A DNA stretch of 32,000 nucleotides from Nitrososphaerota archaeon (GCA_016215465.1 JACRJT010000052.1:22113-54112), one strand, 5' to 3'. Shown: positions 1 to 9,081, numbered from the stretch's first letter. A program made the numbers and translations. The notes: a model not told the origin generated them from the letters alone.

Positions 1-1
1 A

Positions 2-718
2 TACAAGAAAAAGGCTCTAGACACTGGAATAATCAAAATAAACGAAGGCGAGACAATTTTGGATCACATAGACTATCTTTGCATGCACTTGCCGTACTCC
101 AACATGGGCAAAAAGGCACTATCGTACCTGCTCAGAAGAGAGTGGAGAGGCCTGCCAAGATGGAAGAGAACGGTAGAGCAGACAGGAATGGAAGAACCAG
201 TTCCAAAAGACCCGCGCGGTACAATAGAATCAATTTTGGCAGACGAGGAATACATGGCAAAAGACCACGAATTCACCAAGCTTTTCACAAAGACAAAAGA
301 ATACAGACAATTCTACGAAGACAAGCTTGCAAGTTCCCTTATCGCGTCCACGATGATTGGAAACTTGTATACTGCATCTTTGTATCTCGGATTTAGAAGC
401 TGCCTAGAGTTTGAATTCCAAAAGGGAATCGACCTGGCTGGAAAACGCATTGGATTTGGATCATATGGTAGCGGAAGTAGTGCAATGGTGTTTAGCGGAA
501 TAGTACAGCCAGATTACAAAGAAATTGTAAGTGATATGAATCTCGAGGTAGAGATAGGTGAGCGCAAAAAGCTTTCACTTGAGGAATATGAGGAAATTCA
601 TGAAAACAAACGCTCGCCAGATCAGAGTCTTTTGGATGCCAAAAAGGAATTCGTCCTAGTCAGCATTGAGAACACTCCCGAAAGCAAGGGCGAGCGCAAG
701 TACGCATTCTGTGATTAA
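2..718 (+). CDS. Hydroxymethylglutaryl-CoA synthase, C-terminal part (5' end lies upstream of the window)
   Basis: The frame is open from nt 2 into track ORF 59..718. Motifs IGNLYTASLYLGF and GFGSYGSGSSA and the overall layout match thiolase-fold archaeal/eukaryotic-type HMG-CoA synthase of the mevalonate pathway. Confidence 0.85.
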   Translation, partial: YKKKALDTGIIKINEGETILDHIDYLCMHLPYSNMGKKALSYLLRREWRGLPRWKRTVEQTGMEEPVPKDPRGTIESILADEEYMAKDHEFTKLFTKTKEYRQFYEDKLASSLIASTMIGNLYTASLYLGFRSCLEFEFQKGIDLAGKRIGFGSYGSGSSAMVFSGIVQPDYKEIVSDMNLEVEIGERKKLSLEEYEEIHENKRSPDQSLLDAKKEFVLVSIENTPESKGERKYAFCD

Positions 719-719
719 G

Positions 720-1277
720 TTATTTTCTGGCGTAAATTCCGCCGGCAGCATAAGATATTGCAATTAAAATCCTAGAGAGTAAAACTGCAATGTCTTGCAA
801 CATAATTAGTCGTGTATCTATGAAAACTGCGACTGGTATAGAAGCCATCGCAATGCACCCAACAATCATTTGTTCTCTGTTGTCCTGATTGCTAAATTTC
901 TTCATTATAAGATAAGTTGAGAGATTTCCAAGTCCAATTCCAAGAAGTATCAGATATTGCAATAGTGATGGGAATGCCGCAATTGCAACAAATGGTCCTG
1001 CCCAGCAGATTCCATTTATGGTACTGACATGCAGGGGCCATTTTACGCTGTTTTTCATTCTTTGGCGGATCAACGGAAGTATCTTGGTAAATTTTCTAAA
1101 ACCAGCGCCAACTATTACTCCAAAGCTTCCAACCCAAGATATTCCGTAATAATAGGATGGAAGTTTGTTTTGAAAAACAATTTCGCTTAAAACTGCACCA
1201 GATACTACTGCAATTGAAACACAGATGAATAGAAAACCAAACGCTTGTCGTATTTCAATCGATGATGATTCCAACAA
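720..1277 (-). CDS. Hypothetical integral membrane protein (about 5-6 hydrophobic segments)
   Basis: Track ORF of 185 aa that is strongly hydrophobic throughout. It fills the gap between neighbouring genes exactly. No family was recognised. Confidence 0.6.
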   Translation of the reverse strand: MLESSSIEIRQAFGFLFICVSIAVVSGAVLSEIVFQNKLPSYYYGISWVGSFGVIVGAGFRKFTKILPLIRQRMKNSVKWPLHVSTINGICWAGPFVAIAAFPSLLQYLILLGIGLGNLSTYLIMKKFSNQDNREQMIVGCIAMASIPVAVFIDTRLIMLQDIAVLLSRILIAISYAAGGIYARK

Positions 1278-1365
1278 ATTTGTTGGAGGACATTCTAGTT
1301 ATAAGCTATGGATAGAACTAAAATACTAACAAAATATCACGTGTAATTAAAATCCAATAATTCGA

Positions 1366-1830
1366 TTATTTTATGATGCCACTTGCAAGCGTTTTAAAAT
1401 CAGACTCGTGCCAAGTGGTCTTGTATTCCTTGTTTTTTGTAGGTATGATGTTAATTGCAATGTGAGAAAAAATGTTCTTTTTATCTGCAGAGCCATGAGT
1501 GTGAAGTGTTCCCTTTTTGATGTATACCACATCACCAAGATTGAGGCTAACTTTTTGGGTTCTCTTAATACCAAAACCATTCTTTTTGTGTTCTTTTTTT
1601 GAAAATGTTTCCAAGGCTCCGTTTCCTTTTGTGACAATTAGTATTTGATTTCCATTATGAGCGTGTAGCTTGGTTTTTGCGCCATTCTCAAAATAAACAT
1701 GATAGATGTGCTGTTCTTTTGAGTTTATGACATCGGAGATCTCAATCATGTGAACTTTGCCAGTAAACCAATTTGGATTTATTTTTCGTATTTTCGATTT
1801 AGAAAAAAGATTTGCTTTTTTTACACTCAT
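1366..1830 (-). CDS. Cupin-domain protein
   Basis: Track ORF of 154 aa. It carries a two-motif cupin signature: KLHAHNGNQILIVTKGNG, then GDVVYIKKGTLHTHG. Confidence 0.7.
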   Translation of the reverse strand: MSVKKANLFSKSKIRKINPNWFTGKVHMIEISDVINSKEQHIYHVYFENGAKTKLHAHNGNQILIVTKGNGALETFSKKEHKKNGFGIKRTQKVSLNLGDVVYIKKGTLHTHGSADKKNIFSHIAINIIPTKNKEYKTTWHESDFKTLASGIIK

Positions 1831-1931
1831 TTACTTCACTGTAAAGTTGAACATTATGCGCTAGATTTGAGCATTTTGGAACAACATCCAAATTGTAAAA
1901 AACAAAAAACCACCCTTGGAAATAAGATAAG

Positions 1932-2147
1932 CTAAGATATTTTTTGAACACGGCCTATTTTACCGCCCTCTAATTCAACTTTGATTCCATGAGGGTGGAA
2001 ATTACTAGAAGTAAGAATTCTCTTGACTATTCCTTCAGTCAGAGCACCTGTACGCTGATCTTGTTTTTGTACTATCAGCACGTTTGTTCCTATTCTTATT
2101 TCACCCCTTGAAGGCACGTTATTCAATGATTGTACACCGAGCATCAA
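1932..2147 (-). CDS. YwbE-family small protein (DUF2196-like)
   Basis: Track ORF of 71 aa. The pattern V.IV.K.DQRTG.LTEG.V..ILT.S..HPHGIKV.L..G.IGRV is the hallmark of the YwbE family. Confidence 0.8.
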   Translation of the reverse strand: MMLGVQSLNNVPSRGEIRIGTNVLIVQKQDQRTGALTEGIVKRILTSSNFHPHGIKVELEGGKIGRVQKIS

Positions 2148-2166
2148 ATTTTAAAACTATGCCCAG

Positions 2167-2379
2167 TTGGAAACAGGCATGACGTATGAGGTAGATGGAA
2201 ACGAAAAGGCTAGATTCACCCCAGAATCAGGATTTAATTTAGTCGGAATAGACCCATTTGGAACTCGTGGAAGCCAATTATACCTGATTGAGCACTTTGA
2301 GCGCTATCAAGATGCGCTGAGTGCAAAAAAATCAAGAAAAAATCAGGATGAATATTTGATATTATACCCAGAAGCATAA
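2167..2379 (+). CDS. Hypothetical small protein
   Basis: Track ORF of 70 aa starting at TTG. An in-frame ATG at 2179 (MTYEVDG...) is the more likely start. No family was recognised. Confidence 0.4.
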   Translation: METGMTYEVDGNEKARFTPESGFNLVGIDPFGTRGSQLYLIEHFERYQDALSAKKSRKNQDEYLILYPEA

Positions 2380-2445
2380 CGAATTCTTCATTTTAGATTT
2401 GAATTAGTTCAAATTTGTCGTCGGGACCTAAAATTCAAACAGAAA

Positions 2446-3411
2446 TTATTGATTGGACATCGTAATTTGCGGCGGAGTTGTTTTATTTGATGCACTTTGT
2501 TCAGGTATGACGGTATTGGATTTTGGAATTTGTATGGTAAAGGTGGTGCCCTTTCCAACGCTGCTTGTAACATTGATTATGCCTTTGTGTTGTTCAACTA
2601 TTGCCTTACAACTTGCCAATCCCAGACCAGTTCCTATTTGTTTTGTTGTAAATAATGGCTCAAATATTCGTGGCATTACGTCTTTGGGGATACCACTGCC
2701 GCCATCAATCACTTGCAATGTTGCATATTTGCCATCATCGGAAAGTCTGATATCAACTTCGCCGGAATTATTCATTGCCTGAATTGCGTTCATTATAAGA
2801 TTTGTAATCATTACTTCAAATTTTATAAAATCACATGGCACATACACAAAATTATTTGGAAGATTAATTTTTACATCATCGGGTTTTACTATTTTATCTA
2901 TTGCAGAGATAATAATTTCATTTAAAAGATTATTTGCAATAGTAAGTTTACTAGGTCTGACAAAGTCAAGCACTTCATCTATTTGATGAGATATTCTATT
3001 TATTGCTCGGTGCAATCTGCCATAACAAATAATCTTTTCTTCAATTCGGAGCTTTTGCTTACTTTCCATTATTTCGACAACATTTTTAATTACTGATAAT
3101 GGGTTTCGTAAATCGTGTGCAAGCCTTGCCGCCAGTTCGCCTATAACTTGAAGTTTTTCTGACTCATCCCTATTCCCAGGAGTGACTTGTTGTATCTGAA
3201 GGATAGAACTACATGTAATCCCAGATCTATCATGAAAATCTCTTATGGATTGCTCGTTTGGAGCATCCAAAATGCAATATAGTTTTTGTTGTGCATGATT
3301 GAAAAATACCTCTTTGGTGGAAATATGAGATTCATATTCCTTGTTTATGAGATTTTTGAATAGGGTTAGCGAATCAGCATCAATAAAGTGCTCATCAAGA
3401 AAAACAGGCAC
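2446..3411 (-). CDS. Soluble sensor histidine kinase with an N-terminal DUF4242-like domain, then HisKA and HATPase_c
   Basis: H-box ELAARLAHDLRNPLSVIKN. N/G boxes NLIMNAIQAM, DGGSGIP and GTGLGLASCK. The N-terminal ~75 aa (MPVFLDEH...KLYCILDAPNEQSIRDFHDRSGI...ILQIQQV) resembles the DUF4242 / SCO4226-like fold. No transmembrane segment is present. Confidence 0.85.
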   Translation of the reverse strand: MPVFLDEHFIDADSLTLFKNLINKEYESHISTKEVFFNHAQQKLYCILDAPNEQSIRDFHDRSGITCSSILQIQQVTPGNRDESEKLQVIGELAARLAHDLRNPLSVIKNVVEIMESKQKLRIEEKIICYGRLHRAINRISHQIDEVLDFVRPSKLTIANNLLNEIIISAIDKIVKPDDVKINLPNNFVYVPCDFIKFEVMITNLIMNAIQAMNNSGEVDIRLSDDGKYATLQVIDGGSGIPKDVMPRIFEPLFTTKQIGTGLGLASCKAIVEQHKGIINVTSSVGKGTTFTIQIPKSNTVIPEQSASNKTTPPQITMSNQ

Positions 3412-3642
3412 AGGAAATTCTCTTTAATATTTTATAATTAGATTTATGTTTTCGATTTGTTCAAACAATATCTGCCATTATGTTGTAGGATGCAAATAAA
3501 GCGTTTTTTCATTTTCTTTTAAAATTATGAGATGATGCTTCAAAAATCACGTTTATGCCCGTACGCCAAAAAGGAAAGGCAAAGTTGTTTGTTCATTTTA
3601 AATATCATGATAAACATTAGGCAGAATTTCTGAAATTCTTTA

Positions 3643-4320
3643 TTGGTAAAGCACATTAATCGAGTTTCAAAGGAAGAACATTCCAGTAAGGGTTCTTCAG
3701 CAGAGGACGAATGGTCACATATCACTGGGGTTGGGTCTAAAATTGAGATTCAAGACGCGGCAGATGTAACAGATAGGTCAATTTTCTTTTCAAACAAGCC
3801 ACAAATTCTATCAAAACATGAAGAAGTATTACAAAAATCAAAAGACATTCATGACCAGATTCTCGATACCAACCAATATCAAAAATTTGTAAATGCCACA
3901 CTTACTCAGAAAATGGCTAATGTGAAAACACTACTTGAAAAAGAAAAAAAATTTGCCGATGAAATAAATTGTTTTCGCGAATCACCAAAAAACAGAGTAG
4001 AGTTAGAGAAAATAAATCCAAAACACATAACAGAAAGCGACATAAAGGCTCTGATATCAAATCTTGAAGCCAACTATAGTAAGCTAAATGAGAAACTCGA
4101 ACATGAGCAAATGGTAGTTGAAAAAACAAAAAATGAGATAATAACAACAAAAAGACAAATAATATCACTAAAAGAGGAAATGGAGTTTGTTATAAAAAAA
4201 CAGCAAAGCCCAGAAGTCACAGATCCCACATTGTTGATAAAACAAGAATTAAAACGATTAGGGATCAATGACGAACATTCTGAAAGAATATGTAAGTTAA
4301 TAAAAACACAAGAAAATTAA
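3643..4320 (+). CDS. Hypothetical coiled-coil protein (start uncertain)
   Basis: Track ORF of 225 aa with a TTG start and no early ATG. The K/E-rich sequence has long heptad-like stretches (LEKEKKFADEIN..., LNEKLEHEQMVVEKTKNEIITTKRQIISLKEEMEF). Confidence 0.5.
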   Translation: MVKHINRVSKEEHSSKGSSAEDEWSHITGVGSKIEIQDAADVTDRSIFFSNKPQILSKHEEVLQKSKDIHDQILDTNQYQKFVNATLTQKMANVKTLLEKEKKFADEINCFRESPKNRVELEKINPKHITESDIKALISNLEANYSKLNEKLEHEQMVVEKTKNEIITTKRQIISLKEEMEFVIKKQQSPEVTDPTLLIKQELKRLGINDEHSERICKLIKTQEN

Positions 4321-4349
4321 TTGTTATTTAAGAAAATCCATAGAGAAAA

Positions 4350-5519
4350 TTAAGAGTTATTTTTTGCAAGCAAGTTAGGCATACGAATTGTAAATGTAGT
4401 CGGAGTATTTTTTACAGATATGCTTCCACCGTGTTGTTCAATTATGTTTTTACAACTTGACAGTCCAAGGCCTGTTCCCCTCTGTTTTGTTGTAAACAAG
4501 GGATCAAAAATCTTGTCCAAATGCTCAGCAGGTATTCCCTGACCAGAATCTGCCACTTCAATTATTACATATTCTGATGTTTCCACATAGCGAACATAGA
4601 TCTTTCCAGGATTGTCCTCAATAGATTGAATTGAATTAAGTACGATATTTCCAAAAACGACTTCCATTTTTATTGGATCGCATTTCAAAATCACATCATT
4701 ATTTGGCAGATTCATTTGGATGTTTTTTGGGACGTTCAATGGTAAAATTGATGCTTTGATGATACCAATCAGCGATGTCGGCTCTAGTTTTAAAGGAGTT
4801 TTTTTGATGTAATCAAGTACACCATCAACTTGATGACTTATTCTAAAAATAGAATCATCCATCATTTCAAATCTTTTCATGACATACTCGTCTATTGGCT
4901 TGCCTTGGAATGTTTTGAGCAGTTTAACTGTGCTTTTGATTGTCGTTAGCGGATTTTTGATATCGTGTGCAAGCCTTGCTGAGAGCTCCCCTATGGTAGA
5001 TAGTTTTTCAGAGTCGAGAATCCTTTTTGTTTTCTCTATCACTTCGACTTCGAGTTGGTTTTTTCGTTGTTCTAGTTCTTCGTCGAGTTTTGAAATTGTG
5101 AGAAGATTTGTTTGCAATGTATCGTTTAGATGCTTTGTCAGCTGTTGCTCTTCTTCTAGATGTTTGTACATTAGTTTTATTTTACTTTCTTGGAATTCCT
5201 TGACAACCCCCAATGATTGATCAAATAATTTTTTTATTTCCTTGGATTGGCCAGATGGGTTAAGCTCATCGTCTTTGCCAACGTCTTTATCTTCATTGTC
5301 AGTTTGGGTTTTTAATTCTAAATTACTGCCAGACGGCTTAGACTCTGTCTGACTATCTGGTTTAAAATCATCCTTATCTAGGTCTTCTATCGTGGGCTGA
5401 TTTTTTGCATTTGGGTCTTTTTTAAAAAAGACGGTTCGCTCTGTAAAATTCATTGGATCCAAGTCTTTGGCTTGTACCGAAGATTCAGCATCTTCTTTTC
5501 TAATAATGAACCTACGCAC
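4350..5519 (-). CDS. Soluble histidine kinase with a low-complexity N-terminus and coiled coil, then HisKA and HATPase_c
   Basis: H-box ELSARLAHDIKNPLTTIKS. N/G boxes NIVLNSIQSI, DSGQGIP and GTGLGLSSCK. It is a paralog of the 2446..3411 kinase in the catalytic half. The N-terminal ~110 aa is D/E/K/P-rich and is followed by a coiled coil. No transmembrane segment is present. Confidence 0.85.
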   Translation of the reverse strand: MRRFIIRKEDAESSVQAKDLDPMNFTERTVFFKKDPNAKNQPTIEDLDKDDFKPDSQTESKPSGSNLELKTQTDNEDKDVGKDDELNPSGQSKEIKKLFDQSLGVVKEFQESKIKLMYKHLEEEQQLTKHLNDTLQTNLLTISKLDEELEQRKNQLEVEVIEKTKRILDSEKLSTIGELSARLAHDIKNPLTTIKSTVKLLKTFQGKPIDEYVMKRFEMMDDSIFRISHQVDGVLDYIKKTPLKLEPTSLIGIIKASILPLNVPKNIQMNLPNNDVILKCDPIKMEVVFGNIVLNSIQSIEDNPGKIYVRYVETSEYVIIEVADSGQGIPAEHLDKIFDPLFTTKQRGTGLGLSSCKNIIEQHGGSISVKNTPTTFTIRMPNLLAKNNS

Positions 5520-5669
5520 ACAATTGATGCAGACCTTCTTTTAAAAAAAATGTGTTTTTTTAATCGAACAAACAGATTCTAAGAATCATAATAATTAGTA
5601 AAAAGAAAATATGTGAATTTTTTGTACAAACACATGGTTAATTGGATTTTAATCGCAATTATAGAGTAA

Positions 5670-6053
5670 ATGAACAAGAGGGACACCATAATAATAATAG
5701 AAGACGACAAAGACATGGCCGAAATATTTGAAGAATGGGCAAAATCAGCAGACATTTCTGTTTTAGGCGTAGGCTATGATGGAAAGGAGGCAGTGGAATT
5801 ATTTGAAAAACACAAGCCACAAATTGTTGTACTGGATCTAATGATGCCATATTACGATGGGTTTTATGCAATGGAAAACATACGAAAAGTCGATCCAAAC
5901 GCAAAATTCCTAATTTTGACAGCAGATATCACAGATGGAACAAGGAAGAAACTCGGACAGATGAAGGCAATTTCATTGATGTACAAGCCTTACGATTTAG
6001 ACGATGTGATAAATGAGATTAAAAAACTTGTTAGCGTACAGGCAACAGCCTAA
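5670..6053 (+). CDS. Single-domain response regulator (CheY-like receiver only)
   Basis: All receiver signature residues are present: IIIIEDD, VVLDLMMP (phospho-acceptor Asp), LILTAD and YKP. The protein is 127 aa with no output domain. Confidence 0.9.
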   Translation: MNKRDTIIIIEDDKDMAEIFEEWAKSADISVLGVGYDGKEAVELFEKHKPQIVVLDLMMPYYDGFYAMENIRKVDPNAKFLILTADITDGTRKKLGQMKAISLMYKPYDLDDVINEIKKLVSVQATA

Positions 6054-6083
6054 TTTCCAGAAATTCAATTAAAAGGCAATTTT

Positions 6084-6302
6084 TTAATTTTTACAATATT
6101 TCAGCCAAACATCGTTTGATATCTGGGCATAGTGATGAAGGCAATTCTCACAAAATGATTCCCATTCATCAATCTTTAAAACGCTAAAGAACTCTTTTGT
6201 CCATTCATAAGATGGGGATTTTCTATATTGAAACTGCTGAATTGTGTAAATGTCCTTTTGATTAAACATGTTCAAGCACCTTTTGCATTCGGCGTTTTTC
6301 AC
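6084..6302 (-). CDS. Hypothetical small Cys-pair protein (possible zinc ribbon)
   Basis: Track ORF of 72 aa with CKRC near the N-terminus and CENC near the C-terminus. No family was recognised. Confidence 0.45.
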   Translation of the reverse strand: MKNAECKRCLNMFNQKDIYTIQQFQYRKSPSYEWTKEFFSVLKIDEWESFCENCLHHYAQISNDVWLKYCKN

Positions 6303-6370
6303 TAGTTTTCAAAATCATATCGATGATTTAGCAATTTCTACTCTCATTTTAGGAAAGATATCATACTAAG

Positions 6371-7003
6371 ATGCCAGAGGTAAAACTTGTAAAATTAAGA
6401 ATACTTTACACAAATCCAAAGCAAGAAATGTCACAAATCATTGATAAAATTATGAGTGAGGCATCCCCAATCAAAGAAATGCTGTACGGGCAGATAAATG
6501 CAATTTCAGAGCAGAAAATTCAGACGGAGATTTCAAAAAACAACACCGCCGATGTGATCAGGCACATGGTGAATAACTGCTATCCAAAAATTACCAAGTT
6601 AAACGGAGATCAGCACGAAAACTTTGAAGCGTTTGCAGAATCATTAATGCATTATTTACTTACAAATGCGTTGATTCCAAGCCAGAGAAAGGTGGCACTA
6701 AAATCCATAGAAATAGACATCGTAATTCCAGACGTTCGAACACTTGTTTCATCTCCAAAAGATGCACTAGTCATATTTTTCCCAAAAACAAAGAACGTAG
6801 ATGCGATGCAGGAATTACTAAAGAGGGTAGAAACCATACAACCAATAAAAGAAAACATTTGGTTGGTACAAAAAACAAGCCTTGGTCTTCATTACAAGAC
6901 ATACGAAATTGACAATGGCTGCTCGTTTTCCAACATGATAAATGACATCAATGCGTTCTGCTCCTCAAGGACACAGTCAAAATTTAAAATCTTTAAAGTG
7001 TGA
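6371..7003 (+). CDS. Hypothetical protein
   Basis: Track ORF of 210 aa, convergent with bioD (1-nt gap). No family was recognised. Confidence 0.55.
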   Translation: MPEVKLVKLRILYTNPKQEMSQIIDKIMSEASPIKEMLYGQINAISEQKIQTEISKNNTADVIRHMVNNCYPKITKLNGDQHENFEAFAESLMHYLLTNALIPSQRKVALKSIEIDIVIPDVRTLVSSPKDALVIFFPKTKNVDAMQELLKRVETIQPIKENIWLVQKTSLGLHYKTYEIDNGCSFSNMINDINAFCSSRTQSKFKIFKV

Positions 7004-7004
7004 A

Positions 7005-7724
7005 TTAGAGCGCAGACAGCATACCGTTTTCTATCAAGATTTTAGAGATTTTATCTGCGTTACACCCATCAACATGTGGAATAGTGCATAGCACGTCAAC
7101 CCCGCTAAGATTTTTCAGATCAGATGCAAGTTCGTCTACAGCATAGCCAGTGACATCAAAATTGTTTACGATTATTCCTTTTGTTTTGATCCCGTACTTT
7201 TTGCAAGTATCGCATGTCAGAAGAGTGTGATTTATGGTTCCAATTCTTGAGCTTGTCACTATAATAGCCTCAAGATTCATGTCTTTGATCAAATCAGCAA
7301 CACAGTAATCTTTGAGAATCGGCGTCATGATTCCACCAATTCCCTCAACTAGTACGGAGTCATGAAGTGATTGCAGTTTTTCAAATCTATCCAGTACCAA
7401 ACTGACATCGATTGCAGTTTTCAGCTTGTTTGCTGCCATGTATGGTGAAGCAGGAATTGGGAAAAAATACGGGTTCACTAGGCTTTCATCGTCTTTTGTG
7501 CCAGATGCCTCGACTAGAATTTTTACGTCTTCTGATTGATAGCCAGTCTTTTGTGAAATGCCAGTGGAAAAAGGCTTCATCACACCCACATCAATTCCGG
7601 AGTTTTTCATTGCCATTGCAAGTCCTGCAGTAAAACAGGTTTTTCCAATCCCAGTATCAGTTCCCGTAATAAAATAGGATTTCAACAGAAAAAATCCAGC
7701 TAGTTGCTTGATTAACCTTTTCAC
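7005..7724 (-). CDS. bioD: Dethiobiotin synthetase
   Basis: P-loop FITGTDTGIGKT near the N-terminus, plus EGIGG and SRIGTINHTLL motifs. The track start is GTG at 7724, and an alternative TTG at 7685 would put the P-loop at the usual distance from the N-terminus. Confidence 0.9.
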   Translation of the reverse strand: MKRLIKQLAGFFLLKSYFITGTDTGIGKTCFTAGLAMAMKNSGIDVGVMKPFSTGISQKTGYQSEDVKILVEASGTKDDESLVNPYFFPIPASPYMAANKLKTAIDVSLVLDRFEKLQSLHDSVLVEGIGGIMTPILKDYCVADLIKDMNLEAIIVTSSRIGTINHTLLTCDTCKKYGIKTKGIIVNNFDVTGYAVDELASDLKNLSGVDVLCTIPHVDGCNADKISKILIENGMLSAL

Positions 7725-7750
7725 CGCTTGATTATTAAAACAAAATCAAG
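7706..7750. promoter_or_regulatory. CTTGATT repeats in the bioD / bioABF divergent control region (candidate operator)
   Basis: GCTTGATTA occurs at 7706-7714 and 7726-7734 (direct). The inverted AATCAAG at 7744-7750 forms CTTGATT-N10-AATCAAG immediately upstream of the bioA ATG (7759). Confidence 0.35.
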
Positions 7751-7758
7751 TCATACAG

Positions 7759-9081
7759 ATGATGAAGCATCATAGTTACGTTTGGCATCCGTATACCCAG
7801 ATGGCCGAATGGGATTCTTTTACAAAGATTGTAAAGGGCCAAGGAATGTGGCTAGTGGATTCAAACGGGGACAAGATTCTTGATGGAGTGGCAAGCATGT
7901 GGTGCAACGTATGGGGCCACTCTAAAAAAGAGCTAATTTACGCAATAAAAAAACAATCAGAAAAGATAGTGCATTCATCGCTGTTCAACTTGACAAACGA
8001 GCAAGCAGAATTGCTTGCAAAAAGACTGGTAGAAATATCACCACGTATGAATAAGGTGTTTTATTCAGACGATGGCTCCACCGCGATGGAGATTTCATTC
8101 AAAATGGCCCTGCAGTACTGGCAAAATGAAGGCGAGAAAAACAAATCCCAGTTCGCGACCCTTCAAAACGGATACCATGGAGACACGTTTGGGGCGATGT
8201 CTGTAGGATATGTGCCGGGGTTTTTTTCCAAATTCAAAAACCACCTGTACAAAACAATTCAGATTCCTTTTGCAAACAGCTACAGGCTGCCCAACAACAC
8301 AACACCCAGAGAATATCAAGATCAGTGTTTAGGAAAAATTGAAAAATTGTTTTCAAATAACGACAAAATTGCAGCATTTGTCATGGAAAGCGGAGCACAG
8401 GTTGCAGGAGGAGTAAACATTTACCAGGATAGATTCCAAGAAGAGATCAGTAAACTGTGCAAAAAGCACGGAGTCTTGCTCATACTAGACGAAATCGCAA
8501 CAGGTTTTGGAAGACTGGGATCACTTGTCGAATACGTATCTCAAAACAGCAAGCCAGACATTGTGTCTTATGGAAAAATGTTAACTGGGGGATACATCAC
8601 AATGGCTGCAACGCTGGTAACAAAAAATATCTATGACTCGTTTTTGGGAAAATATTCCGACATGAGGCACATTTACCACGGCCACACGTTTACCGGAAAC
8701 CCACTATCATGCGCTGTTGCAAACGAAAATTTGAATTTGTACGAGAAAACCAACCTGATTAAAAAAATACAGAAAACCTCAAAGGTCTTTGAAAAAAGAA
8801 TGCATGAAATCCTCGACTTGAATATAGTAGGCGACATACGACACAAGGGCATGCTTATGGGAATAGAACTAGTACAAGATAGGAACAAAAAGACGCCTAT
8901 TTCCTTTAAAAAATCCACAAACAAGGTGGTTTTTGAAGAAGCAAGGAAAAATGGCATCTATCTTAGAACCCTCGGAAACATAGTCATGCTTGTTCCACCG
9001 CTCGCAATTTCGGAATCCGAATTAAACTATCTAATAGATGGAACAATACGTACAATCAAAAACATTGCAAAGCAATTGTAA
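7759..9081 (+). CDS. bioA: Adenosylmethionine-8-amino-7-oxononanoate aminotransferase
   Basis: Class-III PLP aminotransferase of 440 aa. N-terminal VWHPYTQM, then GYHGDTFGAMSV, DEIATGFGRLG and a PLP lysine context (SYGKMLTGG). Confidence 0.93.
   Translation: MMKHHSYVWHPYTQMAEWDSFTKIVKGQGMWLVDSNGDKILDGVASMWCNVWGHSKKELIYAIKKQSEKIVHSSLFNLTNEQAELLAKRLVEISPRMNKVFYSDDGSTAMEISFKMALQYWQNEGEKNKSQFATLQNGYHGDTFGAMSVGYVPGFFSKFKNHLYKTIQIPFANSYRLPNNTTPREYQDQCLGKIEKLFSNNDKIAAFVMESGAQVAGGVNIYQDRFQEEISKLCKKHGVLLILDEIATGFGRLGSLVEYVSQNSKPDIVSYGKMLTGGYITMAATLVTKNIYDSFLGKYSDMRHIYHGHTFTGNPLSCAVANENLNLYEKTNLIKKIQKTSKVFEKRMHEILDLNIVGDIRHKGMLMGIELVQDRNKKTPISFKKSTNKVVFEEARKNGIYLRTLGNIVMLVPPLAISESELNYLIDGTIRTIKNIAKQL

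Noticed and set aside
2396-2415. ATTTGAA-TTAG-TTCAAAT inverted repeat between convergent genes.
   Set aside because: Its 7-bp stem is entirely A/T, which is marginally stable and expected by chance at this composition.
3540-3725. 61-aa minus-strand ORF in the kinase / coiled-coil intergenic region.
   Set aside because: It overlaps the promoter region and the start of the plus-strand ORF, and it has no supporting features.
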